A stretch of DNA of 19,006 nt from an uncultured Chroococcidiopsis sp. Lineage in GTDB: Bacteria; Cyanobacteriota; Cyanobacteriia; Cyanobacteriales; Chroococcidiopsidaceae. Under the pieces are notes generated by a model that did not search any database, was not told the origin of the DNA, and worked only from the letters and a program-made list of their open reading frames with translations. Where the stretch lies: NCBI GenBank assembly GCA_964248365.1, contig CAXTYC010000058.1, forward strand, positions 1 through 19,006. The letters run 5' to 3'. This document shows, piece by piece, positions 1 through 9,300 of the stretch. Each line of letters starts with the position of its first letter. Within the stretch, counting starts at the first letter, position 1. A program made the position numbers and the translations under genes.

Positions 1-81
1 TCATACGATTCAAAAGCTATTTTCATCACACCCTTTCCTCTTCCCCCTTTGCAAGTTTTTGTCCTGTACTAAGAAGCCTGA

Positions 82-136
82 CTTATTTTTTGTCGCCAAT
101 TCCAAGCTCTGTTTTTAGGACGGAAAATCCTGGGAA
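82..136 (+). repeat. Right half of the composite structured repeat; diverged direct repeat of 4332-4389
   Basis: CTTATTTTTTGTCGCCA (82-98) matches 4332-4348 at 16/17. TTTTTAGGACGGAAAATCCTGGGAA (112-136) matches 4365-4389 at 23/25. The partner left half would lie before the window. Confidence 0.85.
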
Positions 137-263
137 GGAGTAAGGTTTATCGCTGATTGGGATGATTCTTTAGAGCAGCGCTACCACCGTTTACAAGTCT
201 ACCAACTAATTTTCGCTCCTGTCGTGCTAGCTTGCGAAGCCGATGTCCCCGTTAATTAACTCA

Positions 264-1625
264 TCAAGCTTGTTCGCTGCTCTCTATTGCTATTGGCAGC
301 GGCAGGTATAGCCGCTCTTCGCTAGCATCGTACTCAAACAGTTCCGCGTAGCGCCCCCAATCAATCGCCGTTGCGAATTGGCGCTCAGCTTCTGCACGCG
401 GGTAATATTCATCCAGTAAATCTAGGAAGAAATCTGCCCGCATTGAGCCATTGTGTTTCTCCCGCAGCGTCTGAACTATGCTAACTAACATCGGCACAGA
501 TTTCAGTACTTGCTGCCCGAACAAGTCTTTACTTTGAAGAATTGTTGTCGTGGCAAAGTTGCGCCCAATTTCTGTGAGTTTGACATCACCCTGTTTGATT
601 TGTGCAAAGCCAAGCATCACTGCACCATCAAGGATAGGTAGGAGATCATCAACTTGTAGTTGGAGCCGTTCTGCCAATCGAGGAATATCGTCCTTGCCTT
701 GTGGTTGATCCACTAGCAACTCTAATAACCCGCTGATGCCACCTGCCCGCACGTGCGGTAGTGGGTGGGCATATGGCGAACGGGATGGTTGTGTGGGTGC
801 AGTAGGTGCGGTAACTGCCACTTCTTCCGTCACTTCGGCTTCTGGGTTAGTCATTACCGTGTAGATATAGTCTACTAGAGCTTTGAAGCGAAGACTGCTA
901 CGCTCGTGAGGTCGCGGTAAATCAATCACGACCTTACCGCGAATGTACCCTGGATTCGCTCCCAGGATGATTACTCGGTCTGCCAAAAATACTGCTTCTT
1001 CGATATTATGTGTGACAAGCAGAATACTTTGGGACGGGAAGGAGCTAGCATTCCACAAGTCGTCAATTTCACCCCGCAGGTTCTCAGCAGTTAAGACATC
1101 CAGCGCACTGAACGGCTCATCCATAAACAGCACTTTTGGCTCCATCACAAATGCCCGCGCAAAGCCAACCCGCTGCTTCATGCCACCGGATAACTCCTTG
1201 GGGTAAGCACTCTCAAACCCATCTAAGCCTACTAAGTCAATAGCTTTGAGCGCTCGTGCTCGTCGTTCCTGGTGATCGACACCTCGCGCTTCTAACCCTA
1301 ACTCGACATTTTCCTGTACTGTCAGCCAGGGCAGGAGGGCGAAGCTCTGGAACACCATTGCTACATCTTGATTAGCACCTTGTAGGGGTCTACCATTACT
1401 GATCACTCGCCCTTGGGATGGTGGGATCAAGCCAGCCATGATCCGCAGTAAAGTGCTTTTGCCACTGCCGCTGCGCCCTAACAATGCCACCACTTCCCCT
1501 GCTTGCACTCTTAGGTTAATGTCACGCAGAACCGTAAACTCTCCTTTCCCTTCTGGCAGGGGAAAACTCTTATTCACCTGCTCGACAGCGATCAGTACGC
1601 CATCGGTTACTCGCTTAGCTGCCAT
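264..1625 (-). CDS. NitT/TauT-family ABC transporter ATP-binding protein with C-terminal AAA-associated domain (453 aa)
   Basis: Walker A GRSGSGKST, signature LSGGMKQR, Walker B VLFMDEPFSALD, switch VTHN, and a C-terminal extension ending IDWGRYAELFEYD. Start set at ATG 1625 because AGAGGAG lies 8 nt upstream; the longer ORF overlaps the permease. Confidence 0.93.
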   Translation of the reverse strand: MAAKRVTDGVLIAVEQVNKSFPLPEGKGEFTVLRDINLRVQAGEVVALLGRSGSGKSTLLRIMAGLIPPSQGRVISNGRPLQGANQDVAMVFQSFALLPWLTVQENVELGLEARGVDHQERRARALKAIDLVGLDGFESAYPKELSGGMKQRVGFARAFVMEPKVLFMDEPFSALDVLTAENLRGEIDDLWNASSFPSQSILLVTHNIEEAVFLADRVIILGANPGYIRGKVVIDLPRPHERSSLRFKALVDYIYTVMTNPEAEVTEEVAVTAPTAPTQPSRSPYAHPLPHVRAGGISGLLELLVDQPQGKDDIPRLAERLQLQVDDLLPILDGAVMLGFAQIKQGDVKLTEIGRNFATTTILQSKDLFGQQVLKSVPMLVSIVQTLREKHNGSMRADFFLDLLDEYYPRAEAERQFATAIDWGRYAELFEYDASEERLYLPLPIAIESSEQA

Positions 1626-1639
1626 GCTTGCATCTCCTC

Positions 1640-3373
1640 TCATAGATGGTACTTGGTTTCCGCTAGTTGATACAGTCGCCGCCAAAATAGCCGATTTAGC
1701 CCTACAACGTACAGGCTCATCATCCCGATCCCCAAGGTAATGCGCGGCCAGTCGCCCACTGCTGTCGCCCCAGCAATGTATGCCCCTAACCCATTCGCCG
1801 TTAGGGTAGTCTGTCCCCAAGCAACGACTTCCGCGATAATACTAGCGTTCCATGCCCCACCACTGGCAGTAATGCCGCCTGTTACCCAGGCAGAGAAGAT
1901 GCCAGGAATGATTAACTTGCGCCACCGTCGCCAGCCGCGCAGCCGTATGTTCGCTGCCATCTCGCGCAAATCGGTCGGGACGCTCATGGCTCCGGCAATG
2001 GAGTTGAAGAGAATGTACCATTGCGCACCCAGCGCCATCAAAAAGATACTGCCCCAATTGATGCTGATGTGGGAGCGAATGAAGAACAACGTAGCGAAGG
2101 GAAAAATGAAATTGGCTGGAAATGATGCTAGGAGTTGCACAACTGGCTGCAACAGGCGTGCTAGTCGTGGATTGAATCCGATCGCCACCCCCAGGGGTGT
2201 CCAGATTAGCGTTGCTGCTACCAGCAGCACCAGCACGCGCCCCAGTGTGAGCAGTCCCAGTAGAAAGGTCTTGAATACTTCGTTCAGTCCTACCGTCGTC
2301 AGAATAAAGTGCAACCCAGCAACCAGCAACGCGCCAATCAAGAACAATAGTACCAAGTTGTAGAAGCGATCGCCCAATTCCTGCTGATTCGGGTCTACAC
2401 GGTGCGGCGATCGCGGGGGGGTCAGCGATGACAGCACGAGGTTAACAGCTTCACCCACCGGAGTCAGCGCCTGCCCGATTAAACGGGGAAGTCTTGCCGC
2501 TTTCAGCAGCTCGAACAGCCAGGATTCGGGAGCCTCCGTTGCCGCACTTTGTTCCAGCCGGAACTTATCTGCCCAAGCAATCAAAGGTCTCCAGAACAGT
2601 TGATCTACCAGCACAATCACTACAGAGATCGTTAGCGCTGCCCAGCCCACAGCTGGCAAGTTCTGGGCGGCGATCGCGGAGGCTACGTAAGAGCCAATCC
2701 CTGGCAGCGTATATTTCTGGTTCAGCACACTGATGGCTTCGCTAGCAGCCACAAAAAACCAGCCGCCCCCAAAACTCATCATCGCGTTCCACAGCAGCCC
2801 AATCATCGATGCAGGTACCTCTAGTTTGGTGAACCGCTGCCAGCGCGACAGCTGATAGAGCGTCGCTGCTTCATCCAGTTCGCGGGGTATCGTTCTCAGC
2901 GACTGGTAGAACGAAAAGGTCATGTTCCAGGCTTGACCAGTAAAAATTGCAAAAATCGACGCTGCCTCCAGTCCCAACAGACTGCCAGGAAACAGGGCGA
3001 TGAAGCCTGTCACGGTAATTGATAAAAACCCTAGTACTGGCACCGACTGCAAGATATCGAGCAGCGGCACCAGGACTCGCTCAGCACGGCGGCTTTTGGC
3101 AGCAATGTAGCCATATATTAAGGTAAACAGCGTTGACCAAATCAGCCCGATAAACATCCGCAGAGTTGAGCGTCCAGCGTAGTAAGGCAGATTACGCGGG
3201 TCGAGGCTAACATCAGGCACTACCTTTGGTGGCACAAAGCTCACCAGAGTCCCTGCACCTACACGAGCAATCAGCGCCAGTAATACCAACGTGCCAAGAA
3301 TGACCGCAAGATCGGCTAAGCCAAAAGGGAACCGTTGGAGTACTTCAGGGGAGGGAAAGGTTCGCTTCAGCAT
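1640..3373 (-). CDS. NitT/TauT-family ABC transporter permease with two fused transmembrane domains (577 aa)
   Basis: Many hydrophobic helices and two EAA-type loops (PRELDEAATLY, PTDLREMAANI). GGGAGAG lies upstream of the ATG, and the gene is co-oriented 14 bp before the ATPase. Confidence 0.93.
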   Translation of the reverse strand: MLKRTFPSPEVLQRFPFGLADLAVILGTLVLLALIARVGAGTLVSFVPPKVVPDVSLDPRNLPYYAGRSTLRMFIGLIWSTLFTLIYGYIAAKSRRAERVLVPLLDILQSVPVLGFLSITVTGFIALFPGSLLGLEAASIFAIFTGQAWNMTFSFYQSLRTIPRELDEAATLYQLSRWQRFTKLEVPASMIGLLWNAMMSFGGGWFFVAASEAISVLNQKYTLPGIGSYVASAIAAQNLPAVGWAALTISVVIVLVDQLFWRPLIAWADKFRLEQSAATEAPESWLFELLKAARLPRLIGQALTPVGEAVNLVLSSLTPPRSPHRVDPNQQELGDRFYNLVLLFLIGALLVAGLHFILTTVGLNEVFKTFLLGLLTLGRVLVLLVAATLIWTPLGVAIGFNPRLARLLQPVVQLLASFPANFIFPFATLFFIRSHISINWGSIFLMALGAQWYILFNSIAGAMSVPTDLREMAANIRLRGWRRWRKLIIPGIFSAWVTGGITASGGAWNASIIAEVVAWGQTTLTANGLGAYIAGATAVGDWPRITLGIGMMSLYVVGLNRLFWRRLYQLAETKYHL

Positions 3374-3694
3374 GGTGACTCACTCTCCCTAGATTGACTA
3401 ATTCCTACTAGTTTGACCTGGCAATCCGTTCTCGCTTTAGCAGCATTATTTTTCTGTTCTACGCTGATGAACATACAATTTTCTGTGTCTCCCCCGCGCT
3501 GGAAGACTGCTCTACCTGGCGCTTAGGAAATTAATACTGTGAATAGATGGACTATACTGCCCATGAAATTCCTAAAATTCGGCATCGCTACCCACAAGGA
3601 CAGCGTTGATCTTAGCATAACCACATTGGAGTTTTACGTGCAGGCAGCTAATATCTTACGTAGCCGCCGCCCACCTATACCCAGTAAGCGCATC

Positions 3695-3708
3695 AGAACA
3701 AACGTACT
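3695..3708. promoter_or_regulatory. Candidate cyanobacterial LexA box
   Basis: The minus strand reads AGTACGTTTGTTCT, a full match to the cyanobacterial LexA consensus RGTACNNNDGTWCB. A minus-strand TATAAT lies at 3735-3740. Confidence 0.45.
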
Positions 3709-3836
3709 GTTCTAGAGACTCCAAAGGAATGCCTATTATACGGTTACGGCAGACCTCACAAACAAGGCAAAACAAGTAAGGTAGCTAATGGTACTTCTGC
3801 TAGCGCTTGTAGGGCGTGTCTGCTTGCTAACCTACC

Positions 3837-4389
3837 TGGGAATCCAATGTAACTCTAAAAAATGAGGGCGTGGGAGGCAAGGCTGGAAAAATATTGTCAG
3901 CTTTCTTTGGGAGATCTGTTGGCTCCAATGGCGTATTTGTTTTGTTATAGGGCTGACAATATTTTTTTGCGCCACTTCCAGACCTTGTATTCGAGTTGTT
4001 CGCAGCATGGGTGATCTATTTTGAAGGCAAGGGAGGCAAGGCTTGAAAAATAAGGACAGGCATCAGTGGTATTCGGTTGTGCATAACAGATTTACACTTG
4101 GCGCAAAAAAAATAAATCCAGCCGAGAGTTCTTTTTCTAAAAATAAAGCGGTCCTTGTTTTGAGGTTATCTGCTTGTCCCAACGCGGATCTATTATGAAG
4201 GCTGCCCTTATTTTTAGAGAGCCATTGGAAGCCTTCAAGGGGGAATATGGGTGGTGAACGAGAGATCTTTAATCAACGGCTGGATTTATTTTTTCAAGCC
4301 TTCCTTTAGTCTGTTTTGTATTAAGCAATTCCTTATTTTTTGTTGCCACGTTCTATGCCCTCATTTTTTAAGACGGAAAACCCTGGGAA
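3837..4389. repeat. Cluster of nested structured repeat elements (five inverted-repeat pairs with A-tract/T-tract cores)
   Basis: Perfect inverted pairs: 3856-3869/4357-4370 (14 bp), 3887-3901/3952-3966 (15 bp), 4046-4056/4330-4340 (11 bp), 4107-4124/4277-4294 (18 bp), 4136-4146/4208-4218 (11 bp). Direct repeats: 3872-3893/4031-4052 (21/22) and 4013-4028/4187-4202 (15/16). Confidence 0.9.
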
Positions 4390-4624
4390 AAAAGAGGCGC
4401 AAAGTAACTAGTTGATGTGGCGATTCGGTTGGAGGCAGAGGCGATTTAACTGATAAGCAGTGGCTTGATGCTTTAACCATTGTTGCCACCCCAAAAAGCT
4501 CACACAGGTCAGCTAGCCCCAATAGCGATCGCACCTAAATTTATACTTAGAGCTAACTGGTATACTAGAAAAATTTTGTTTGCCAGACAAAAAAGGCTAT
4601 AATTGAGCCTCCCCGATTCACCCA

Positions 4625-4826
4625 ATCAAGCTCAAGCCCAAAATTAGGATTTGGCAACACTTGGCACAGATGAGCAACCTAGCCAGCCAACGCTAAACAG
4701 GCGACATCAATTAATCGACATGGTGACGATTGCGATTGTGTGCAGTCGTTTGTGGTGCTGATACGTGGGTGGATATAGAAAGTTATGGACAGGTTAAGTT
4801 TGAATGGTTAAAACAGTTTTTAGAAT
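4625..4826 (+). pseudogene. ISAs1-family transposase N-terminal remnant, frameshifted and truncated
   Basis: Across frameshifts it reads KLKPKIRIWQHLAQMS...RRHQLIDMVTIAI / CAVVCGADTWVDIESYGQVKFEWLKQFLE, the typical ISAs1 (H-repeat) N-terminus. ATC stands where ATG is expected, there is a stop, and similarity ends after FLE. Confidence 0.85.
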
Positions 4827-4958
4827 TTTTTATTATATCAATTATAGAAATAATGTTTTTTTGATGATTTAAAAGCTCAACATGATGTGTTATTGAACGC
4901 ATTAATTGCTGTTACAAGTTACTTCATTCTTAGTCCAGTTCCTAATTTTTAGATACTG

Positions 4959-5198
4959 CTATCTTTTTAGAGATTTAACTATCTCATTCTTCAATTTTAA
5001 CTGCTGCTCTTTCGGGCAGGCGGCAAAATATACTTCTGGACATGGAATATTAGCTACTTTATAAGTAGAGTATATTGCCTGATTAGCTTCAGGCTCACTA
5101 AATTTTGTAGATAAAACCATTGAATACCACTTTTAAAAATAGCTGTAGTAAAGTAATTTTTGCGGCGGTATATCTAGATAAATTACAGATAATTTCAT
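4959..5198 (-). pseudogene. Degenerate fragment resembling the N-terminus of cyanobacterial DUF6745-type proteins
   Basis: Reads MKLSVIYLDIPPQKLLYYSYF*KWYSMVLSTKFSEPEANQAIYSTYKVANIPCPEVYFAACPKEQQLKLKNEIVKSLKR*. The KW...LST...A..AI...Y......PE..F...P pattern is recalled from that family. One in-frame TAA. Confidence 0.45.
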
Positions 5199-5548
5199 TA
5201 CTACAAAAGTAGTATTTATATACAAATCAGGTAAATAATAATTAAAATTATGGCAAAAGGTTTGCATTTTAAGCAGTTCATCTGATTCCTTCGATTGCTG
5301 TGTCTCTAGTGAACAAATAGTATTTAAATTTAATGAGAATGTTTTTTACAACCAGTAAAAGCGATCGCCCTTATCACTAAGAACCGTCTGATAAAAACTA
5401 TTAGGGACTTCAATTTACCAAGTGCCAATCAAGCCAGGGAATCGATCAATACTTTGCTACTTGGAACTACTGCCAAAAATTTTTATTTGGTTTCCCGCAT
5501 TTTTTGGCTCAGTCAACTCACAACTTGCACTCTTTAGAAATCTCGGTT

Positions 5549-5626
5549 AAAATGAGGCTCGCCCTGAATGGGTACGTCTGTAGATCCTTATAGCGAGCTA
5601 TTTGTGTATAGGACGAGCCTTATTTT
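5549..5626. repeat. Structured element with A-tract arms
   Basis: AAAATGAGGCTCGCCCTG (5549-5566) is inverted to TAGGACGAGCCTTATTTT (5609-5626) at 15/18. It has the same AAAAT(G/A)AGG arm as the 3.8-4.4 kb cluster. Confidence 0.7.
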
Positions 5627-5671
5627 CGGATACGTCTATTCAACGGTTTTGGGAGTCTCTCAAGGAGAAAA

Positions 5672-5749
5672 TCGGGTAGGAGAATTGCAAAACCCTTGTC
5701 CAACTGCGTTAGAAGTTAGCTTTAGTACTAGAAGCAATTACACCCGAAC
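5672..5749. repeat. Bulged imperfect palindrome (TCGGGT...AATTGC / GCAATT...ACCCGAAC)
   Basis: Stems 5672-5677/5742-5747 and 5683-5688/5734-5739 are separated by a 5 x 2 internal loop. Confidence 0.55.
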
Positions 5750-6351
5750 AAATTGTCTGTCTCACCTCTTACAACTTTATTCTTAAAGCTTTCTTTAGCG
5801 CAACATAAAGAATTGGTATGACAAATATGCTCTTGAGATTATTTCGATACCTGTCACCTATTAGACACGAATTTGACACACATAAGACATAATTGTTTTT
5901 TAGAGTATTTACAGCAATTGATACATCTGGCGAAGCTATTAAAAATATTTTGCTTTCAGTGTAACTCGGAAAAAGCCAAAATTAAGGATTTATTAAGATG
6001 TAAAGAAAAAATTTAACAGCTATGCTAAAAAAAACTGAAATAATTAGCATTATAATTTGATGCCATTAGCTAGAGCGAGTTATAGAAATAATTAGGTTAG
6101 TAATAAATCAGTTCAAATTTGCTCCTTGAATAGTTAATGGAGCTTTTTTAGCGCTGGCAAGGACGGCTGTAGCAAAGCAAAGTATAAGCCAAAATAGGAA
6201 ATAACTATAGCAAATTTTAAGCTTGTGTCAAGAAGTGAAATTATTCCGCTGCTGTAATGCTTAATGAATCTGATGGTTTAAAAGAAAAAGTGGGTAGCAT
6301 TCCAAATATGTACCTCCAAATCCTCTGTAGGCGTTTCCAAAAACTAGTGGT

Positions 6352-9300
6352 ATGCAAATAAAAGATCGCAAATCGGGCAAACAGCAATTTCCTAAGATTA
6401 TTGATGCATTAACTACTGGGGTTGACATATTAGAAAAACCACCGCAGCGATTGCATTACTTCTTTGAACAACGCTGCGATCGCAATCCCAATGCTATTGC
6501 TTTAGTCTGTGAAAACGAGTATCTGAGCTACGCCCAGCTCGATGCACAAGCCAATCAGCTGGCTAACTACTTGGTAAGCCAAGGCATCAAACCTGGTAGC
6601 AAAGTCGGTATTTTGCTCGAACGCTCGGTTAACACCTATGTGGCGCTGCTGGGAGTACTCAAGTCCGGTGCTGCCTTTGTACCGCTTGATACATCCTTCC
6701 CCCAAGACCGCATTACTTACATTGCTTCTGATGCAGGACTCGACCTGCTAGTGACTAGGGCTAATTTGGACAGCCTGACTTCGAGGGTAAGCTGTCAAGT
6801 ACTGGCTCTCGACACTGCCTTAGCGATCGCCACCCAAAGTGCCGAGCGGATTGCACTGGGTGACAACTTAGACGCACTGGCTTACATTATTTATACTTCC
6901 GGTTCGACTGGGCGACCCAAGGGCGTGGCGGTCAATCATTCGAGTATCTGCAACTTCATCGCCGTGTGTACGCCCATCTACGGCGTAAGCAGCCGCGATC
7001 GCGTCTATCAAGGTATGACCATTGCCTTTGATTTCTCGATTGAGGAGATCTGGCCTACCTTCAAGGTTGGGGCAACTCTAATTGTTGGTCCCACCGACCA
7101 TAGACGACTTGGTGCGGGACTGACTGACTTCCTGGTCGAGCAGTCAATCACAGTTTTGTATTGCGTCCCAACCCTTCTAGCGACAGTCGAGCGGGATGTT
7201 CCGACAATACAAATCCTGCTCGTCGGCGGCGAAGCTTGTCCGCACGATTTGGTGAAGCGCTGGAGTAAGCCTGGTCGGCGGATTCTTAACACCTATGGTC
7301 CAACCGAAACAACTGTTAGTGCACTTTGGACTGAACTGGTGCCGGATAAACCAGTAACCATTGGCAGACCGCTACCAACTTACAGCGCCTACATTCTTGA
7401 CGAGGCGCGGTGTCAAGTGCCAAGCGGGGAAACTGGGGAAATTTGCATCAGCGGCATTGGCGTGGCGTGTGGCTACGTCAACCTCCCAGAACTCACTGCT
7501 ACTAAGTTCGTCCCCGATCCGTTTGCCCCCAACGGTGGCGTAATGTACCGAACGGGCGACCTTGGTCGAATCACGCCATCGGGGGAAATCGAATATCTAG
7601 GTCGCATCGATAGCCAGGTGAAGATACGCGGCTACCGGATCGAATTGAGCGAAATCGAAGCGGTGTTGATGGAAAGCCCAGAAGTTAACAACGCGGTCGT
7701 TTCGCTCGTATCCATAGATGAGGCGGTTGGGGAACTGGCAGCTTACATTACACTGAGCGTCCCCACTACCGATTCAGAGGAATTGAAGCAACAGCTGCAC
7801 GAAATATTACGCGATCGCCTGCCCAGCTACCAGGTGCCAGCGTACATCCAGATTCTGGATCGCTTTCCCATGATGCCTAGCGGCAAGGTAGACCGCTCTA
7901 AGCTTCCTGTACCTCAAAAACGGCTTTCTACGCGATCGGGTGCTGTTCTGCCGCCAAATACGCTGCTTGAGCGCTCACTAGCTGCCGCTTGGCAAGATGC
8001 GTTCAAGCGCGATGACATCTCGGCCGAGGACAATTTTTTCCGCGAACTCGGCGGTCATTCCCTACTTGCTGCAAGGGTTATTTCCCATCTCAGGGAGAAC
8101 CCGAACCTAAAGCACTTGTCCATTGCCGATCTCTACTCTTACCCCACTATCCGCACCCTAGCAAGTCACATTGAGCAAACCGCAACGCCAAATGAGTCGC
8201 CCCAGGTATTGGAAGCTCAGCCCAAACGCCGCATCCGACGCTACAGCAGCTTACGGGTGGGGGCGATGGGAGCTATGCAAGTGTTGTTGCTTTATTTCCT
8301 ATTCGCCATCGTTGGAGCGCCAATAGCTTGGATAATGTCAGAACTGAGAAGCTTGCCGCTGCTTACTCTGACATTGGTGAGCGTCACTCTCCTCCCAATC
8401 ACCTGGCTGCTGTTCTCTCTAGGATTGCCAATTGCCGCAAAATGGCTGCTCATCGGTCGGTTCCGTCCTGGTCGTTACCCGCTGTGGGGTTGGTATTATT
8501 GTCGCTGGTGGTTGGTACGTAAGATTTTGACCCTAGCACCGCTCCCCTACTTCGCTGGATCGCCGCTGATGCCCTTATATTTCCGGCTGCTGGGCGGACG
8601 TGCTAGTCAAGAATGTTACATCGGCAGCGCCCAGTTACACCTTCCCGATTTGATCGAAATTGGCGATGGAGCTAGTATCGGCTATGGTGTTGAAATACAA
8701 CCATTTCTGATTGAGGACGGCTGGCTGTATCAAGCCCCGATCCAGATCGGAGCCAACGCCTTCATCGGTACTAACTCAGTCATCGAACTGGGTGGTAAGG
8801 TAGGTTGGGGGGCGCGGTTGCTCGAACAGTCCCTCGTGGCACGCGACCAAGCGATTCCAGAGCGTGAAACTTGGGCTGGAGTGCCGTCTAAACGCACCGC
8901 CAACGCTGACGCAGTTCTGGACGCAATGGCGGAAAAAAAGACACCGAAATCAAGCTGGTCGCCCGCGCTTTGGGTGGGATTTGCGCTTGGATTTGTCCTG
9001 CTGGAGGCGCTGCCGTTTTTCATGTTCCTTCCTGGACTAGCATTGCTAGGGATCGATTATGTTGATTTCAATGACGATCTGCTTTGGGTACTCGCTGGTA
9101 CGCCCGTTGCGGGTTTGCTGTTCGTGCTGAGCGCCTGTATCCTGGTGGCAGTGGGTAAGTGGTTGGTGATGCCAACTTCCCGAACGGGCATTTTCCCTTT
9201 GCGATCGCGTTTTGGTCTGCGTAAGTGGCTGGTTGACAAGCTCATGCTGACTAGTTTGACAGTTACCAATACACTCTACGCTACCTTGTATACGCTGCCC

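Noticed and set aside
1626..1820. N-terminal 65 aa of the 518 aa ORF
   Set aside because: It overlaps the permease 3' end in another frame and has no ABC similarity. A good RBS supports ATG 1625; ATG 1643 overlapping the stop is a less likely alternative.
177..3807. Loose inverted similarity AGCGCTA...AAGTAC (177-199) with GTACTT...TAGCGCT (3791-3807) flanking the ABC operon
   Set aside because: It is built from short palindromic words with a large gap, so it cannot be told apart from chance.
3837..4389. CRISPR array or canonical integron attC interpretation
   Set aside because: There are no regularly spaced identical direct repeats, no cas genes, and no RYYYAAC...GTTRRRY ends.
3837..4389. 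Ordinary intrinsic terminators or a classical MITE
   Set aside because: Loops are 40-490 nt, the pairs are nested, and no gene ends here. The conserved outer ends are non-identical and I see no target duplications.
5568..5786. 72 aa ORF
   Set aside because: No recognisable motif or RBS, and it runs through two palindromic elements.
6257..6361. 34 aa upstream ORF overlapping the NRPS start
   Set aside because: No recognisable features; a chance ORF or old extension cannot be told apart by eye.
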